Part shown: positions 17,877-28,832 of the stretch, piece by piece | How positions within the stretch are numbered: position 1 is the stretch's first letter | How the letters are laid out: each line of letters begins with the position of its first letter | Source: a virus | Virus record (IMG/VR): IMGVR_UViG_3300032294_002823 | Direction: 5' to 3' (one strand) | DNA: 64,000 nt | Translations under genes and position numbers: made by a program | The notes under the pieces: model-generated | What the model was told of the DNA's origin: nothing | The model's database searches: none | The model's input: only the letters and a program-made list of their open reading frames with translations

Positions 17877-19512
17877 AGAAAACAATTCGTACCATGGCAA
17901 TCCTAACTTAAAACCCGTTGGTCATCAACACCAGTTCACACCTGAAGAAATTCAGGAATTTGTGAAGTGTCAAGAGGATCCAATTTATTTCATTGAGAAT
18001 TATTGTCACATTGTTACACTTGACCATGGATTACAACTTTTCAAACTGTACGGATGTCAGAAAACGAAAGTTAATGTTATTCTGAATAATCGTAAAGTGG
18101 TACTTATGGAAGGGCGTCAGCAAGGAAAAACCATCACGGCTGCCGCATGTATCCTATGGTATACATTATTTCAAGAGAGTAAAACTGTAGCAATTCTAGC
18201 CAATAAAGGTAGTGCTGCGCGTGAAGTATTAGACCGTTATCAAATCATGTATGAACATCTTCCCATCTGGATGCAACAAGGAGTTCGTACTTGGAACAAA
18301 GGTAACGTTGAATTGGAAAATGGAAGTAAGGTGTTTACTGCTGCCACAACAGGATCCGGTATTCGTGGTAAGTCTGTTAACTGGCTGTATATTGACGAAG
18401 CTGCCATTATCCCGAACAACATTGCAGAACAATTCTTTGCGTCTGTATATCCGACAATTTCTGCCGGTACAACAACCAAGATTCTGCTAACCTCCACCCC
18501 ATTAGGTTACAATCATTTTTGGAAATTCTGGAACGAAGCTGAAAAGGGTAAAAACGGGTTCGTTCATCACTTTATTCCATATTGGGAAATTCCGGGTCGT
18601 GATGAAGCCTGGGCAGAAGAACAAAGAAAGACGTTGGGTGATGTGAAATTCAATCAAGAAGTACTATGTCAGTTTTTGGGTTCTACAAACACGTTGATTA
18701 ATGGCGCAACACTGGCATATATGAGTAGTATGGATCCTGTGTTTTACAATGAAATGGGGTTGTCCATTTATACTGAACCCAACAAAGATAGAATGTATGT
18801 CATTTGTGTTGACGTTGCTCGAGGTGTGGGGGGAGATTATTCGGCATTCACCATTGTTGATGTCACTGAGATGCCGTATAAACTTGTGGGTAAGTTTAAA
18901 AACAATACCATTTCTCCCATGTTGTTCCCAGATGTCATTGTGAAAGCTGCACGAGATTACAATAATGCATATATACTTGTAGAAACAAATGACATTGGTG
19001 GACAAATTGCAGACATTCTACATATTGAACATGAATATGAAAATATGCTCTGTACAATACAAGAAAACAAACAAACCTACATTAGTCCAGGATTTGCCAA
19101 ATCCACAACAATGGGTGTTAGAACCACAAAGTCTGTGAAACGTCAAGGGTGTTTCGCCATCAAATCTCTCCTCGAGGAGAAAAAACTAAATATATTTGAC
19201 GCCGAAACCATTCATGAATTTTCAACGTTCATTGAGAAGAATGGTACATTCGTAGCTGACGAAGGATATCATGATGACTTAGTGATGACGTTAGTACTAT
19301 TTGGTTGGCTTACCACAAACCAATATTTCCGCGAACTCACAGACATCAACGTTCGTGAGAGAATCTACAAACAACAAATGATGCAAATTGAAGATGAACT
19401 GACACCATTTGGTTTCATAGATGACGGCACTTCAGAATCCATATTTGTTGAGAACAATATTGTGTGGTCAACCGATAAATCTTTGCCATGGAACAACATC
19501 TACAAGAATTAA
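17869..19512 (+). CDS. gp17: Terminase large subunit gp17
   Basis: GRQQGKT Walker A, YIDEAA Walker B, STPLG, VDVARG and HDDLVM. Confidence 0.97.
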   Translation: MIEENNSYHGNPNLKPVGHQHQFTPEEIQEFVKCQEDPIYFIENYCHIVTLDHGLQLFKLYGCQKTKVNVILNNRKVVLMEGRQQGKTITAAACILWYTLFQESKTVAILANKGSAAREVLDRYQIMYEHLPIWMQQGVRTWNKGNVELENGSKVFTAATTGSGIRGKSVNWLYIDEAAIIPNNIAEQFFASVYPTISAGTTTKILLTSTPLGYNHFWKFWNEAEKGKNGFVHHFIPYWEIPGRDEAWAEEQRKTLGDVKFNQEVLCQFLGSTNTLINGATLAYMSSMDPVFYNEMGLSIYTEPNKDRMYVICVDVARGVGGDYSAFTIVDVTEMPYKLVGKFKNNTISPMLFPDVIVKAARDYNNAYILVETNDIGGQIADILHIEHEYENMLCTIQENKQTYISPGFAKSTTMGVRTTKSVKRQGCFAIKSLLEEKKLNIFDAETIHEFSTFIEKNGTFVADEGYHDDLVMTLVLFGWLTTNQYFRELTDINVRERIYKQQMMQIEDELTPFGFIDDGTSESIFVENNIVWSTDKSLPWNNIYKN

Positions 19513-19535
19513 AGTATTTTGAAGGTGTGTAAAGT

Positions 19536-19543
19536 TATAAATA
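19536..19543 (+). promoter_or_regulatory. T4-type late promoter for gp18
   Basis: TATAAATA. Confidence 0.8.
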
Positions 19544-19611
19544 TTATAAACCATAGTGTAATCACGCCCTGAAAATACTATTAAGATTTCAATCACTAAC
19601 AGGAGAATAAA

Positions 19612-21285
19612 ATGGCATTTCAATTATCACCAGGCGTACTTGTAGTCGAAAAAGACCTAACAGGTATCGTTCCTGCTGTTGCCACATCAATAGGTGGCTA
19701 CGTAGGAGCCTTCCAATGGGGTCCGGTAGAAAAAATCACAACCATCAGCAACGAAGCTGAACTCGTCAAAACTTTTGCAAAGCCAAACAATACAGTTGCC
19801 GCTAGCTGGTTCTCAGCTGCCAACTTCTTGGCATATGGCAACAACTTAAAGGTTGTTCGCTCAGTAGGTAGTAATGCAAAGAATGCTGTAACATCAGGTA
19901 CAGCAATTCTCATCAAGAACGAAGACCAATGGGAAGCACAATATTCAAACGGCGCCGCCTCAGTAGGTGAATGGGCTGCTAAGTTCCCAGGTGTTCTAGG
20001 TAACTCATTAAAGGTGTCAGCATGTGACGCTTCAGGCTTCTCAGCATGGACCTATCGCACAGAATTCGACGCAGCACCTGGCACATCAGACTTCCTTGTG
20101 AATTTAGGAAACACTGAAGCCGGCGACGAAATGCACATTGTCGTTGTTGACGAAGATGGTTTATGGACAGGCACACCTGGTACTGTACTAGAAAAGTTTG
20201 CATTCGTTTCAAAGGGTAGTGACGTTAAGAAGGCTGATGGATCAAATGCATTCTATCGTGATGTACTTCGTGGTTCACGTTACGTATATTGGATGGATCA
20301 TCCTGCAGGAACAAACTGGGGCAGTGCTGCATCAGCATCAATCGAATATGATGGCTTAGGATCAGATGATTGGTCACTTGCCAATGGTGTTTCTGACGAT
20401 GCACCATCAACCGGCGCACTTCAAACAGGCTGGGACTTATTTGCCAATGCAGAAATCGTTGATGTAAATCTTCTATTCAACGGTCCTAACGCATTAGCAG
20501 TTGGACAATACATGATTCAAACTGCTCAAGCACGTATGGATTGCGTAGGTTTCGTTTCACCTCTCTTAGCATCTGTATTAAATAACGCAGGCGACGAAGC
20601 TGAGGACATCATCACAGACCGTCAAGATACATTAAATGTCAATACATCATATGGTGTTATGGACTCAGGTTGGAAATATCAATACGACAAGTACAATGAT
20701 TTGTATCGTTGGGTTCCATTGAATGCCGACATTGCAGGTCTCTGTGCACGTACTGACACCATTGCCGATCCTTGGTTCTCACCAGGTGGTTTAAATCGTG
20801 GTCAAATCAAGAATGTTGTGAAGTTGGCATATTCACCTGACAAGACTGACCGTGATGAACTATATAAGAATGGCATCAACCCAGTTGTGTCATTCCCAGG
20901 CGAAGGTACTGTATTGTTTGGCGACAAGACACTTCTTGCCAAGCCATCAGCTTTCGATAGAATCAACGTTCGTCGTTTGTTCATCGTTCTAGAAAAGGCA
21001 ATTGCCACAGCAGGCAAGTATCAATTGTTTGAATTCAACGATGCCTTCACACGCGCACAATTCCGTAACTTAGTGGAACCATTCTTGCGCGATGTTCGTG
21101 GTCGTCGTGGTATCTTTGACTTCCGCGTAGTTTGCGATGAAACAAATAACACAGGCGAAGTCATTGACCGTAACGAATTCGTAGCTGACATCTTCATCAA
21201 GCCAGCTCGTTCAATCAACTTCATGCAATTGAACTTCATCGCCACACGTACTGGTGTGAGCTTTGAAGAAGTCGTAGGCGCCTAA
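19612..21285 (+). CDS. gp18: Tail sheath protein gp18
   Basis: SPGVLVVEKD, PWFSPGG, SAFDRINVRRLF and FIKPARSINF. Confidence 0.97.
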   Translation: MAFQLSPGVLVVEKDLTGIVPAVATSIGGYVGAFQWGPVEKITTISNEAELVKTFAKPNNTVAASWFSAANFLAYGNNLKVVRSVGSNAKNAVTSGTAILIKNEDQWEAQYSNGAASVGEWAAKFPGVLGNSLKVSACDASGFSAWTYRTEFDAAPGTSDFLVNLGNTEAGDEMHIVVVDEDGLWTGTPGTVLEKFAFVSKGSDVKKADGSNAFYRDVLRGSRYVYWMDHPAGTNWGSAASASIEYDGLGSDDWSLANGVSDDAPSTGALQTGWDLFANAEIVDVNLLFNGPNALAVGQYMIQTAQARMDCVGFVSPLLASVLNNAGDEAEDIITDRQDTLNVNTSYGVMDSGWKYQYDKYNDLYRWVPLNADIAGLCARTDTIADPWFSPGGLNRGQIKNVVKLAYSPDKTDRDELYKNGINPVVSFPGEGTVLFGDKTLLAKPSAFDRINVRRLFIVLEKAIATAGKYQLFEFNDAFTRAQFRNLVEPFLRDVRGRRGIFDFRVVCDETNNTGEVIDRNEFVADIFIKPARSINFMQLNFIATRTGVSFEEVVGA

Positions 21286-21314
21286 ACTAAATAACTTCTA
21301 GGAGATAGAAACAA

Positions 21315-21830
21315 ATGGATATTACCCAATTTAGAAACAAGTTAGGCGCAGGTGGTGCTCGTCCAAATCAATTTTTGGTAACACTTACTTGGCCTGCAGC
21401 AGTAGGAGTAGCCGCTTCTGATGACTCATTACTTGTCACAGCCGCTGCACTCCCTGCATCAAACGTTAACCCAACAATCGTTCAATATCGTGGTCGTGAA
21501 GTAAAGATGGCAGGAGAACGCATCTTTGATCCATGGACAATCACAGTTATCAACGATACATCTTTGAAGATGCGTCAATACTTCGAACGCTGGACAAACT
21601 TAATGAACGACCGTGTAAACAACGGTGGTCAATTAACCCCTGCGTTGTATCAATGTGATTTACGTGTACAACAATTGGATAGAAATGATGTTACACTTCG
21701 TACATATGAAATTCGTAACGCATTCCCAATTAACGTTTCAGAAATTGCATTAGCATACAGTCAAAATGATGTCATTTCAGAATTCACAGTGACTTTCCAA
21801 TATTCGCATTTTGACGTAACACCTGTTTAA
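21315..21830 (+). CDS. gp19: Tail tube protein gp19
   Basis: GGARPNQF, YRGREVKMAGER.FDPWTITVIND and EFTVTFQY. Confidence 0.95.
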   Translation: MDITQFRNKLGAGGARPNQFLVTLTWPAAVGVAASDDSLLVTAAALPASNVNPTIVQYRGREVKMAGERIFDPWTITVINDTSLKMRQYFERWTNLMNDRVNNGGQLTPALYQCDLRVQQLDRNDVTLRTYEIRNAFPINVSEIALAYSQNDVISEFTVTFQYSHFDVTPV

Positions 21831-21852
21831 TCTTTGACAAGGTAAAAATATT

Positions 21853-23436
21853 ATGGATATTTTTGGATATAGCATCAAGCGGAAGGAGCCCGCACGAACT
21901 GAAATTAGTTTCGTGCCTCCTTCCGACGATGGTGCTCTCGACACTGTCCGGGCAGGTGGGTACTACGGTACCTACCTCGACCTGGATAATGCAGCAAAAA
22001 ATGAATCAGATTTAATTCAACGCTATCGTGCCATTTCTTTAATGGCGGATGTTGATAGTGCCATTGATGATATCGTCAATGAATCCATTGCCAATATTGA
22101 AGATGAGGATCCTATTGAAATTGATTTAGATGATGTAAAGGCTCCAGCATCAATTAAGAAAGCCATCAAAGAAGAATTTGCAAACATCACACAAATTCTT
22201 GACTTTAAACATCGAGCACAAGATTATTTTCGTCGCTGGTATGTAGATGGTCGTGTGTATTTTCACAAAGTTGTAGACGTAGCAAAACCCAAACAAGGGT
22301 TAACTGATATTCGTTATATTGATCCAAGAAAAATCAAGAAAATCAGAAACGTCATTAAAGAAACTGAAAAAAATACAGGTGTAGAACTTGTGCGTAAGGT
22401 GGAAGAATTTTTCGTATATAATGAAAAGGGTGTATTAACTACACCTGTGACACAAGCAAGTCCAAGTGCCACACAAGGATTGAAAATAACCAAAGACGCC
22501 ATTTGTTATGTCCCATCAGGTTTAGTTGATGTAGATAATAACATGGTGTTGAGCTATTTACATAAAGCCATCAAAACAGCAAATCAATTGCGTATGATGG
22601 AAAATGCTCTTGTCATCTATCGTTTAGCAAGAGCACCCGAAAGAAGAATTTTCTATATTGATGTAGGTAACCTTCCTAAGTTGAAGGCTGAACAATACAT
22701 CAAGGACATCATGAATCGTTATCGCAACAAGTTGGTGTATGATGCCAACACAGGCGAGATTCGTGATGATAAAAAGACTATGAGCTTGTTGGAAGATTTC
22801 TGGTTGCCTCGTCGTGAAGGAGGTAAGGGTACTGAAATTGATACTCTACCTGGTGGTCAAAACCTCGGTGAAATTGCCGACATTGAATACTTCCAACGTA
22901 AGTTGTATGAAAGTTTATATGTTCCTGTTTCTCGTTTACAACAACAATCAGGATTGAACTTTGGTCGTGCCGCTGAAATTAATCGTGATGAATTGAAGTT
23001 CACAAAATTCATTAATAAATTGCGCCGTCAATTTTCACGTATGTTTGATGACCTGTTGAAAACACAACTTGTGTTAAAAGGTGTCACAACTGAAACTGAT
23101 TGGGAAGAAATGAAGGAAGATATCAAGTATAAGTTTGCTCAAGATGCCTATTATTCTGAAAGCAAAGACCAAGAATTGTTGCGGGCTCGCGTTGAATTAC
23201 TATCACAACTTGCAGAATTTGATGGTAAATATATAAGTAAGAGTTACATTCAAAAGCATGTGTTGCGTTTAACTGATGAAGAAATTGCACAAATGAATTC
23301 AGAAAACGAAGAAGCTGCTTCAGCAGGAATGGATTACTCTGAACCCCTTGAAGACCCAAATCAGCCCGGCAACATATTACCTAAGGGATCTCCTTTCCCC
23401 GCCCCACCGGAGAAGAAAAAGAATGGAACTACATGA
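21853..23436 (+). CDS. gp20: Portal protein gp20
   Basis: RRWYVDGR, IYRLARAPERRIFYIDVGNLP and EDFWLPRREGGKGTEI. Confidence 0.97.
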   Translation: MDIFGYSIKRKEPARTEISFVPPSDDGALDTVRAGGYYGTYLDLDNAAKNESDLIQRYRAISLMADVDSAIDDIVNESIANIEDEDPIEIDLDDVKAPASIKKAIKEEFANITQILDFKHRAQDYFRRWYVDGRVYFHKVVDVAKPKQGLTDIRYIDPRKIKKIRNVIKETEKNTGVELVRKVEEFFVYNEKGVLTTPVTQASPSATQGLKITKDAICYVPSGLVDVDNNMVLSYLHKAIKTANQLRMMENALVIYRLARAPERRIFYIDVGNLPKLKAEQYIKDIMNRYRNKLVYDANTGEIRDDKKTMSLLEDFWLPRREGGKGTEIDTLPGGQNLGEIADIEYFQRKLYESLYVPVSRLQQQSGLNFGRAAEINRDELKFTKFINKLRRQFSRMFDDLLKTQLVLKGVTTETDWEEMKEDIKYKFAQDAYYSESKDQELLRARVELLSQLAEFDGKYISKSYIQKHVLRLTDEEIAQMNSENEEAASAGMDYSEPLEDPNQPGNILPKGSPFPAPPEKKKNGTT

Positions 23437-24616
23437 GGTTAAGATAGGCGATACCGTTTCTTTCACCCATAAAGGAAAGAAAGTTACAGGTAGAGTAATA
23501 CATCGTCACGACGGAAATAAGAATTCTGCCCTTGCGGGTCATGTGAATATTCAGCCATCAAATGCAGATTCTAATCCCCATACCATACATGTGTCTAAAT
23601 TAAAACCTGCTACACAAATAAAAGAGGATATTCAGATGGCAGATATTAACGAACAAATTTTAGATTTAATTGATAACATTGAAGCAGGCAATCATCTAGA
23701 AGCCAATAACATCTTCAACGAATTGTTACAATCCAAAATTGATGCTTTGCTTGATGCAAAGAAAAATGAAGTTTCTTCATCAATGTTCAACACAGAAGAA
23801 TGTGCTGAATGTATGGAAGAAGAAAAGAAAATGAAGAAGGAAAAGAAAGAAGATGAGGATGAGGATGACGATGAAGAAGATGACTACGAAGATGAAGATG
23901 AAAGAATGGATGAAGCCTTAATTGGTGGTCAAAAGAAAATTGATGTCAACAAGAATGGTAAATTAGATGCCATGGACTTCAAGATGCTTCGTGCCAAGAA
24001 GAAGGGTATGAAAGAAGAAGTGGAATCAACTTCAGAAGCCTATTCAGATCCATATGCTGCCAAGAAGGCGGCTGAAATGAAGAAGTCATATAGTAAGACT
24101 ATGGCAGATGCCAAGAAGGAATATGAAGCTGCCAAGAAGCCAAAGTTTGCCAAGAACTTCATGAAGATGAAGAACGAAGAAGTGAAGCCCATTGATGAAT
24201 TGAAATCTGCAACGCTCGGTTCGTATATCAAAAAGGCAGCAGATTCATATGCAGGTGAAGCTCAGTCTGGTACATACCAAAAGGTAGACAAGCGAGAAAG
24301 AGGAATTGCAAATGCTACAAACAAGCTTGTTAAGCGTGCAAAGGCTAATGAAGAAGTGAAGCCCATTGATGAAATTTCTTCTGAAACTTTGAAGTCGTAT
24401 CAACGAAAGTCCATGGATCAAGGCACCAGAGTGTTGAAGAAGCAAGAAGCACCTTTGTCAGCAAAAAAGTTTGCCAAGCGCGTGAAGGGTATGGCCCGTT
24501 CCTCACAAATATTAGACAAGCGTGAACCTCCCAAAAAACTTTATAGAGGTGACAACAAGGGTGGATATCCAAAACAATGGGATGAAAGTACAAAGTTCAC
24601 CGTTGAAAAGGATTAA
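23423..24616 (+). CDS. Extended prohead core protein: N-terminal SH3-like domain, gp67-like region, and acidic/basic internal-peptide modules
   Basis: ATG 23423 overlaps the gp20 end; internal SD gagga plus ATG 23636 (MADINEQILDLID...) begins a gp67-like helix; D/E tract; NEEVKPIDE twice. Confidence 0.65.
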   Translation: MELHEVKIGDTVSFTHKGKKVTGRVIHRHDGNKNSALAGHVNIQPSNADSNPHTIHVSKLKPATQIKEDIQMADINEQILDLIDNIEAGNHLEANNIFNELLQSKIDALLDAKKNEVSSSMFNTEECAECMEEEKKMKKEKKEDEDEDDDEEDDYEDEDERMDEALIGGQKKIDVNKNGKLDAMDFKMLRAKKKGMKEEVESTSEAYSDPYAAKKAAEMKKSYSKTMADAKKEYEAAKKPKFAKNFMKMKNEEVKPIDELKSATLGSYIKKAADSYAGEAQSGTYQKVDKRERGIANATNKLVKRAKANEEVKPIDEISSETLKSYQRKSMDQGTRVLKKQEAPLSAKKFAKRVKGMARSSQILDKREPPKKLYRGDNKGGYPKQWDESTKFTVEKD

Positions 24617-24618
24617 TC

Positions 24619-24969
24619 ATGGCAAAGATGAGCGAAAAGGATATGGCTCAACGAGAAAAGATTGTGAAGTCCATGAAGAAAAAATTCAAAGACTTTCGCA
24701 AACGTTACGGTGCCAATGCAAAAAATGTAATGTATGCCACAGCCACTAAAATGGCAATGAAGGAAGAAACATCCGAAGAAAGAGGTGAATATGATTATGA
24801 AGGTGATATGGCAAAATCTTCATTGAAAACAATTATTCGTAATGCACAAGAAATGCATGATATGTTATCTGAAGATACCAATCTTCCTGAATGGGTTCAA
24901 GGCAAAATTACCTTAGCAGAAGATTATATTGTATCGGCTGCACAATATATGCAATCAGAATCGGAGTAA
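24619..24969 (+). CDS. Head internal/prohead core-associated protein
   Basis: RYG..AKNVMYATATKMA and EGDMAK...LPEWVQGKIT motifs typical of T4-like head clusters. Confidence 0.55.
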   Translation: MAKMSEKDMAQREKIVKSMKKKFKDFRKRYGANAKNVMYATATKMAMKEETSEERGEYDYEGDMAKSSLKTIIRNAQEMHDMLSEDTNLPEWVQGKITLAEDYIVSAAQYMQSESE

Positions 24970-24972
24970 CAA

Positions 24973-25347
24973 ATGGCCATATCAATACTTAAAAAGACAC
25001 CCATACATGTTGTAGTTGCCATTACAGGCGCAAATGCATCTGAAACCATTGATTTAGAAACAACACTAGAAACTACAACACAGAATGCCGCAACACCTAA
25101 GGCAAATATTAGTGGCATCTATTGGTCAATACCTTCAGGTAACGGAACCGTTTCAAGAAATTCTGTACAACTTTGGGCTATGACAGGTGCACGTGATTTT
25201 CAATTTCACGGATTTTCTGATAACAGAGAAAATGGTAGTAACATAGTTGTGACATTACCCGCAGGTGGTGGTACCATTATTCTTGAAATCATGAAGGTCT
25301 CAGGATATGGTGATACACAACATCTTAATCAATCAATAGGAGCATAA
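24973..25347 (+). CDS. Hypothetical head-cluster protein
   Basis: SD ggag; beta-rich; lies between the core genes and gp21. Confidence 0.6.
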   Translation: MAISILKKTPIHVVVAITGANASETIDLETTLETTTQNAATPKANISGIYWSIPSGNGTVSRNSVQLWAMTGARDFQFHGFSDNRENGSNIVVTLPAGGGTIILEIMKVSGYGDTQHLNQSIGA

Positions 25348-25349
25348 TC

Positions 25350-26000
25350 ATGAGACTCATTGCTGAAATAGTTGAAGATGTTCAAATCATCAACGAAGAA
25401 AATTCAAAAAATCTTTTCATTGAAGGTGTGTTTCTTCAAAGTGAAATCGCCAATAAAAATTCACGTATCTATCCCAAGACAGTTATGGAACGCGAAGTAA
25501 AGCGTTACATGAAGGAATATGTCGAAGCCAATCGTGCATTTGGTGAACTAGGACATCCTGAAGGTCCAACCATCAATCTTGACCGTGTCTCTCACATGAT
25601 TGTGTCATTGAAGGAAGATGGAAACAATTATGTTGGTCGTGCAAAAATCATGAACACCCCAATGGGTAATATTGCACGTAACATCATTGAAGGTGGTGGT
25701 AAGTTGGGTGTGTCGTCACGCGGATTGGGTTCATTAAAAACCACTTCAGAAGGTATCAACGAAGTTCAAGATGATTTCTATCTTGCAACGGCGGCTGACA
25801 TTGTGGCTGACCCTTCGGCACCTGATGCTTTCGTACAAGGGATTATGGAAAATAAGGATTGGATGTTTGTAAATGGTTCATGGACATATCAAAATATGGA
25901 TGAAACTAAGAAGCTGATTGAAAAGACCAATCAACGTCAATTGCAAGAAATGAAGATTCGTGCCTTTGAAACCTTCTTAAATGCCATTTCAAAGAAATAA
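25350..26000 (+). CDS. gp21: Prohead protease gp21
   Basis: GELGHP, LGVSSRGLGS and DIVADPSAPDAFV. Confidence 0.97.
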   Translation: MRLIAEIVEDVQIINEENSKNLFIEGVFLQSEIANKNSRIYPKTVMEREVKRYMKEYVEANRAFGELGHPEGPTINLDRVSHMIVSLKEDGNNYVGRAKIMNTPMGNIARNIIEGGGKLGVSSRGLGSLKTTSEGINEVQDDFYLATAADIVADPSAPDAFVQGIMENKDWMFVNGSWTYQNMDETKKLIEKTNQRQLQEMKIRAFETFLNAISKK

Positions 26001-26005
26001 ACTCG

Positions 26006-26013
26006 TATAAATA
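26006..26013 (+). promoter_or_regulatory. T4-type late promoter for gp22
   Basis: TATAAATA. Confidence 0.8.
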
Positions 26014-26049
26014 ATATAAAGTTTTTGAAACAACTACAGGAGATACTAA

Positions 26050-27333
26050 ATGTCAGTAGAAAACAAGATTCGAGAAATGATGGCTAAAAAGCTCGATGAA
26101 GCCTTCCCAGGAATGGGTAAGAATTTGGAAACTAAGGCTCCAGCTCAAGGCTCATCACAAACACTAGAAGTTCAAATGATGCACAAGGGCGGTGGCGCAG
26201 AAAAGCCATCAAACCCTGTAAATCAATTACAAGCAGGCGCAGGCCCCAAAGAAGCTGCTCCCATGAAGCAAGGTTCATCACAAGATGCTTCAATTGATTT
26301 AGAAACTGATGAAAAGAATCAAGGTAAGGCACAAGCATCAAAGAAGGCTAAGATGCCTACTGTTTCACATCAAGGTGCAGGCGCTGCCACTAACTACACA
26401 ACAGTAGCAGATCCATCATCTGTCATCAACCAAGCATCTTCAAAGGGCAATGTTCACCAAGAAGAAGCTGAAGTAGAAGGCGAAGAAGTCATTTCAGAAG
26501 AAGAATACAATGCTCTTTCAGAAGAAGAAAAGGCACAATATTCATTGGTAGAAGAAGGCCCAGAAGAAACTGAAGAAGAAGATGAAACAGCACTTGCCGA
26601 AGCCATGGAAAACATGAAGGCTGAATTGGCAAAGGATGTTGAAAATCTTTTTGCATCAGAAGTTGACTTGTCAGAAGAATTCAAGACAAAGGCAGCTTCA
26701 TTATTCGAAGCCGTCGTAACTGCTCGCGTTGCTCACGAAGTAGAAAAGATGCAAGATGCGCTTGCTGAACAAGCAGCACACACCGTCGTGAACATCCACG
26801 AAGAAATGGTTTCAAAGATTGATGCCTATCTCTCATATGTTGCTGAACAATGGTTGGCAAACAATGAAGTTGCAATTGAAACAGGACTTCGTGCAGAAGT
26901 CACTGAAGATTTCATTGCAGGCTTGAAGGTGTTGTTCAAGGAACACTACATTGAAGTTCCTGAAGAAAAGTACGATGTTTTAGGCGACATGCAAAATCAA
27001 ATTGATACATTAACTGCACAAGTTAACGAATCATTGGCAAAGGCAGTTGAACTTAATACAGAGTTGAACGAAGCAAAGCGTGAAGTTGTATTCTCAAAGG
27101 CAACAAGTGACTTAGCACAAACTGAAGCTGAAAAACTTCGCGGCTTGATTGAAGAAGTTGAATTTGAAAATGAAGAATTATTTGAACAAAAGATTTCAGT
27201 TATTAAAAATAACTACTTCCCCAAGTCAACTGTTTCTTCACCCATCACAGAAGAAGTGGTAGAAACACAAGAAGTATCAGGTACGGTTGCTAAATATGCA
27301 GAAATGCTTTCACGCAACACATTTGGAAAATAA
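26050..27333 (+). CDS. gp22: Prohead scaffold protein gp22
   Basis: LSEEFKTKAASLFEA, IDAYLSYVAEQW and LFKEHYIEVPEEKYDV. Confidence 0.93.
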   Translation: MSVENKIREMMAKKLDEAFPGMGKNLETKAPAQGSSQTLEVQMMHKGGGAEKPSNPVNQLQAGAGPKEAAPMKQGSSQDASIDLETDEKNQGKAQASKKAKMPTVSHQGAGAATNYTTVADPSSVINQASSKGNVHQEEAEVEGEEVISEEEYNALSEEEKAQYSLVEEGPEETEEEDETALAEAMENMKAELAKDVENLFASEVDLSEEFKTKAASLFEAVVTARVAHEVEKMQDALAEQAAHTVVNIHEEMVSKIDAYLSYVAEQWLANNEVAIETGLRAEVTEDFIAGLKVLFKEHYIEVPEEKYDVLGDMQNQIDTLTAQVNESLAKAVELNTELNEAKREVVFSKATSDLAQTEAEKLRGLIEEVEFENEELFEQKISVIKNNYFPKSTVSSPITEEVVETQEVSGTVAKYAEMLSRNTFGK

Positions 27334-27339
27334 AGCTAG

Positions 27340-27347
27340 TATAAATA
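27340..27347 (+). promoter_or_regulatory. T4-type late promoter for gp23
   Basis: TATAAATA. Confidence 0.8.
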
Positions 27348-27389
27348 ATAGTAACGTTTAACAGTAAACAAAAACTCAGGAGAACGTAA

Positions 27390-28682
27390 ATGTTTTTATC
27401 AGAATCATTACAAAAGAAGTGGGCTCCAGTTCTAGAACACGGATCCCTACCAGCCATCAAAGACAACTACAAGAAGGCTGTTACTGCCGTTATTCTTGAA
27501 AACCAAGAAAAGGCATTGCGCGAAGAAAAGCAAGCATTGTTCGAAGCTGTTCCAGTTAACAACATTGCTGGCTCAGGATCAACCGAAATTGACCGTTACG
27601 ACCCAATCTTAATTTCATTGGTTCGTCGTTCACTTCCAAACTTGATGGCCTATGACGTAGCCGGCGTACAACCAATGACTGGTCCAACTGGCCTCATCTT
27701 CGCCATGAAGTCACGTTATTCAACCCAAGATGGTGCAGAAGCATTATTCAATGAAGCTGATACCGACTTCTCAGGCACAGGCACACACGAAGGTACAAAC
27801 CCAGTTGATGGCACATACACATACGGCACAGGCTTAACAACAGCAGCAGCTGAAGCTCTAGGCACAGGCGGTATGGCTGGTGACTTCAACGAAATGGCTT
27901 TCAGTATCGAAAAGACAACTGTAACAGCCAAGTCACGCGCATTGAAGGCCGAATACACAGTTGAATTAGCACAAGACTTGAAGGCAATTCACGGTCTTGA
28001 TGCAGAAAGTGAATTATCAAACATTCTTTCACAAGAAATTCTTGCTGAAATGAACCGTGAAGTAATTCGTACTATCTACAAGGTTGCTAAGCCAGGTGCT
28101 GCTTCAACAGCAACAGCAGGTACATTCGACCTTGACGTTGACTCAAACGGTCGTTGGTCAGTAGAACGCTTCAAGGGCTTGATGTTCCAAATCGAACGCG
28201 ATGCAAACGTAATCGCACAAGAAACTCGTCGTGGACGCGGTAACTTCATCGTCTGTTCATCAGACGTTGCAGCAGCTCTTGCCATGACAGGTAAGTTGGA
28301 TTACACACCTGCTCTTTCAGGCAACGACGGCATCTCAATGGATGACACAGGCAACACATTCGCAGGTACATTGAATGGTCGCTTCAAGGTGTTCATTGAT
28401 CCATACTCAGCCAACACAAACTCAGCTTCACAATTCGTAGTAGTTGGTTATAAGGGTTCAAATGCATATGACGCAGGTATCTTCTACTGCCCATACGTTC
28501 CATTACAAATGGTACGTGCCATTGACCCATCTTCATTCCAACCCAAGATTGGATTCAAGACACGTTACGGCATGATTGCAAATCCATTCGTAACACAATC
28601 CAACGGTACAACTGACGGCGATACATTCACCGCTAACCGTAATCACTACTATCGTCGCTTGAAGGTCACAAACCTTCTATAA
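27390..28682 (+). CDS. gp23: Major capsid protein gp23
   Basis: GVQPMTGPTGLIFAM, KSRALKAEYTVELAQDLKAIHGLDAE and FQPKIGFKTRYG. Confidence 0.98.
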   Translation: MFLSESLQKKWAPVLEHGSLPAIKDNYKKAVTAVILENQEKALREEKQALFEAVPVNNIAGSGSTEIDRYDPILISLVRRSLPNLMAYDVAGVQPMTGPTGLIFAMKSRYSTQDGAEALFNEADTDFSGTGTHEGTNPVDGTYTYGTGLTTAAAEALGTGGMAGDFNEMAFSIEKTTVTAKSRALKAEYTVELAQDLKAIHGLDAESELSNILSQEILAEMNREVIRTIYKVAKPGAASTATAGTFDLDVDSNGRWSVERFKGLMFQIERDANVIAQETRRGRGNFIVCSSDVAAALAMTGKLDYTPALSGNDGISMDDTGNTFAGTLNGRFKVFIDPYSANTNSASQFVVVGYKGSNAYDAGIFYCPYVPLQMVRAIDPSSFQPKIGFKTRYGMIANPFVTQSNGTTDGDTFTANRNHYYRRLKVTNLL

Positions 28683-28707
28683 TCGAAGTAGCAGATGAAA
28701 CAGGAAA

Positions 28708-28740
28708 GGGAGAGGCTGAAAAGTCTCTCCCAATCCTTTT
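28708..28740 (+). terminator. Intrinsic terminator after gp23
   Basis: gggagaggct-GAAA-agtctctccc, then aatcctttt. Confidence 0.75.
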
Positions 28741-28832
28741 GCTATATACTTGTATACTTTCTCAGGAGTAGGGAGTATATAGCTGTTTTATAGTATCATA
28801 AATAGTATTATCAATTCATCCCAGACATAGTG

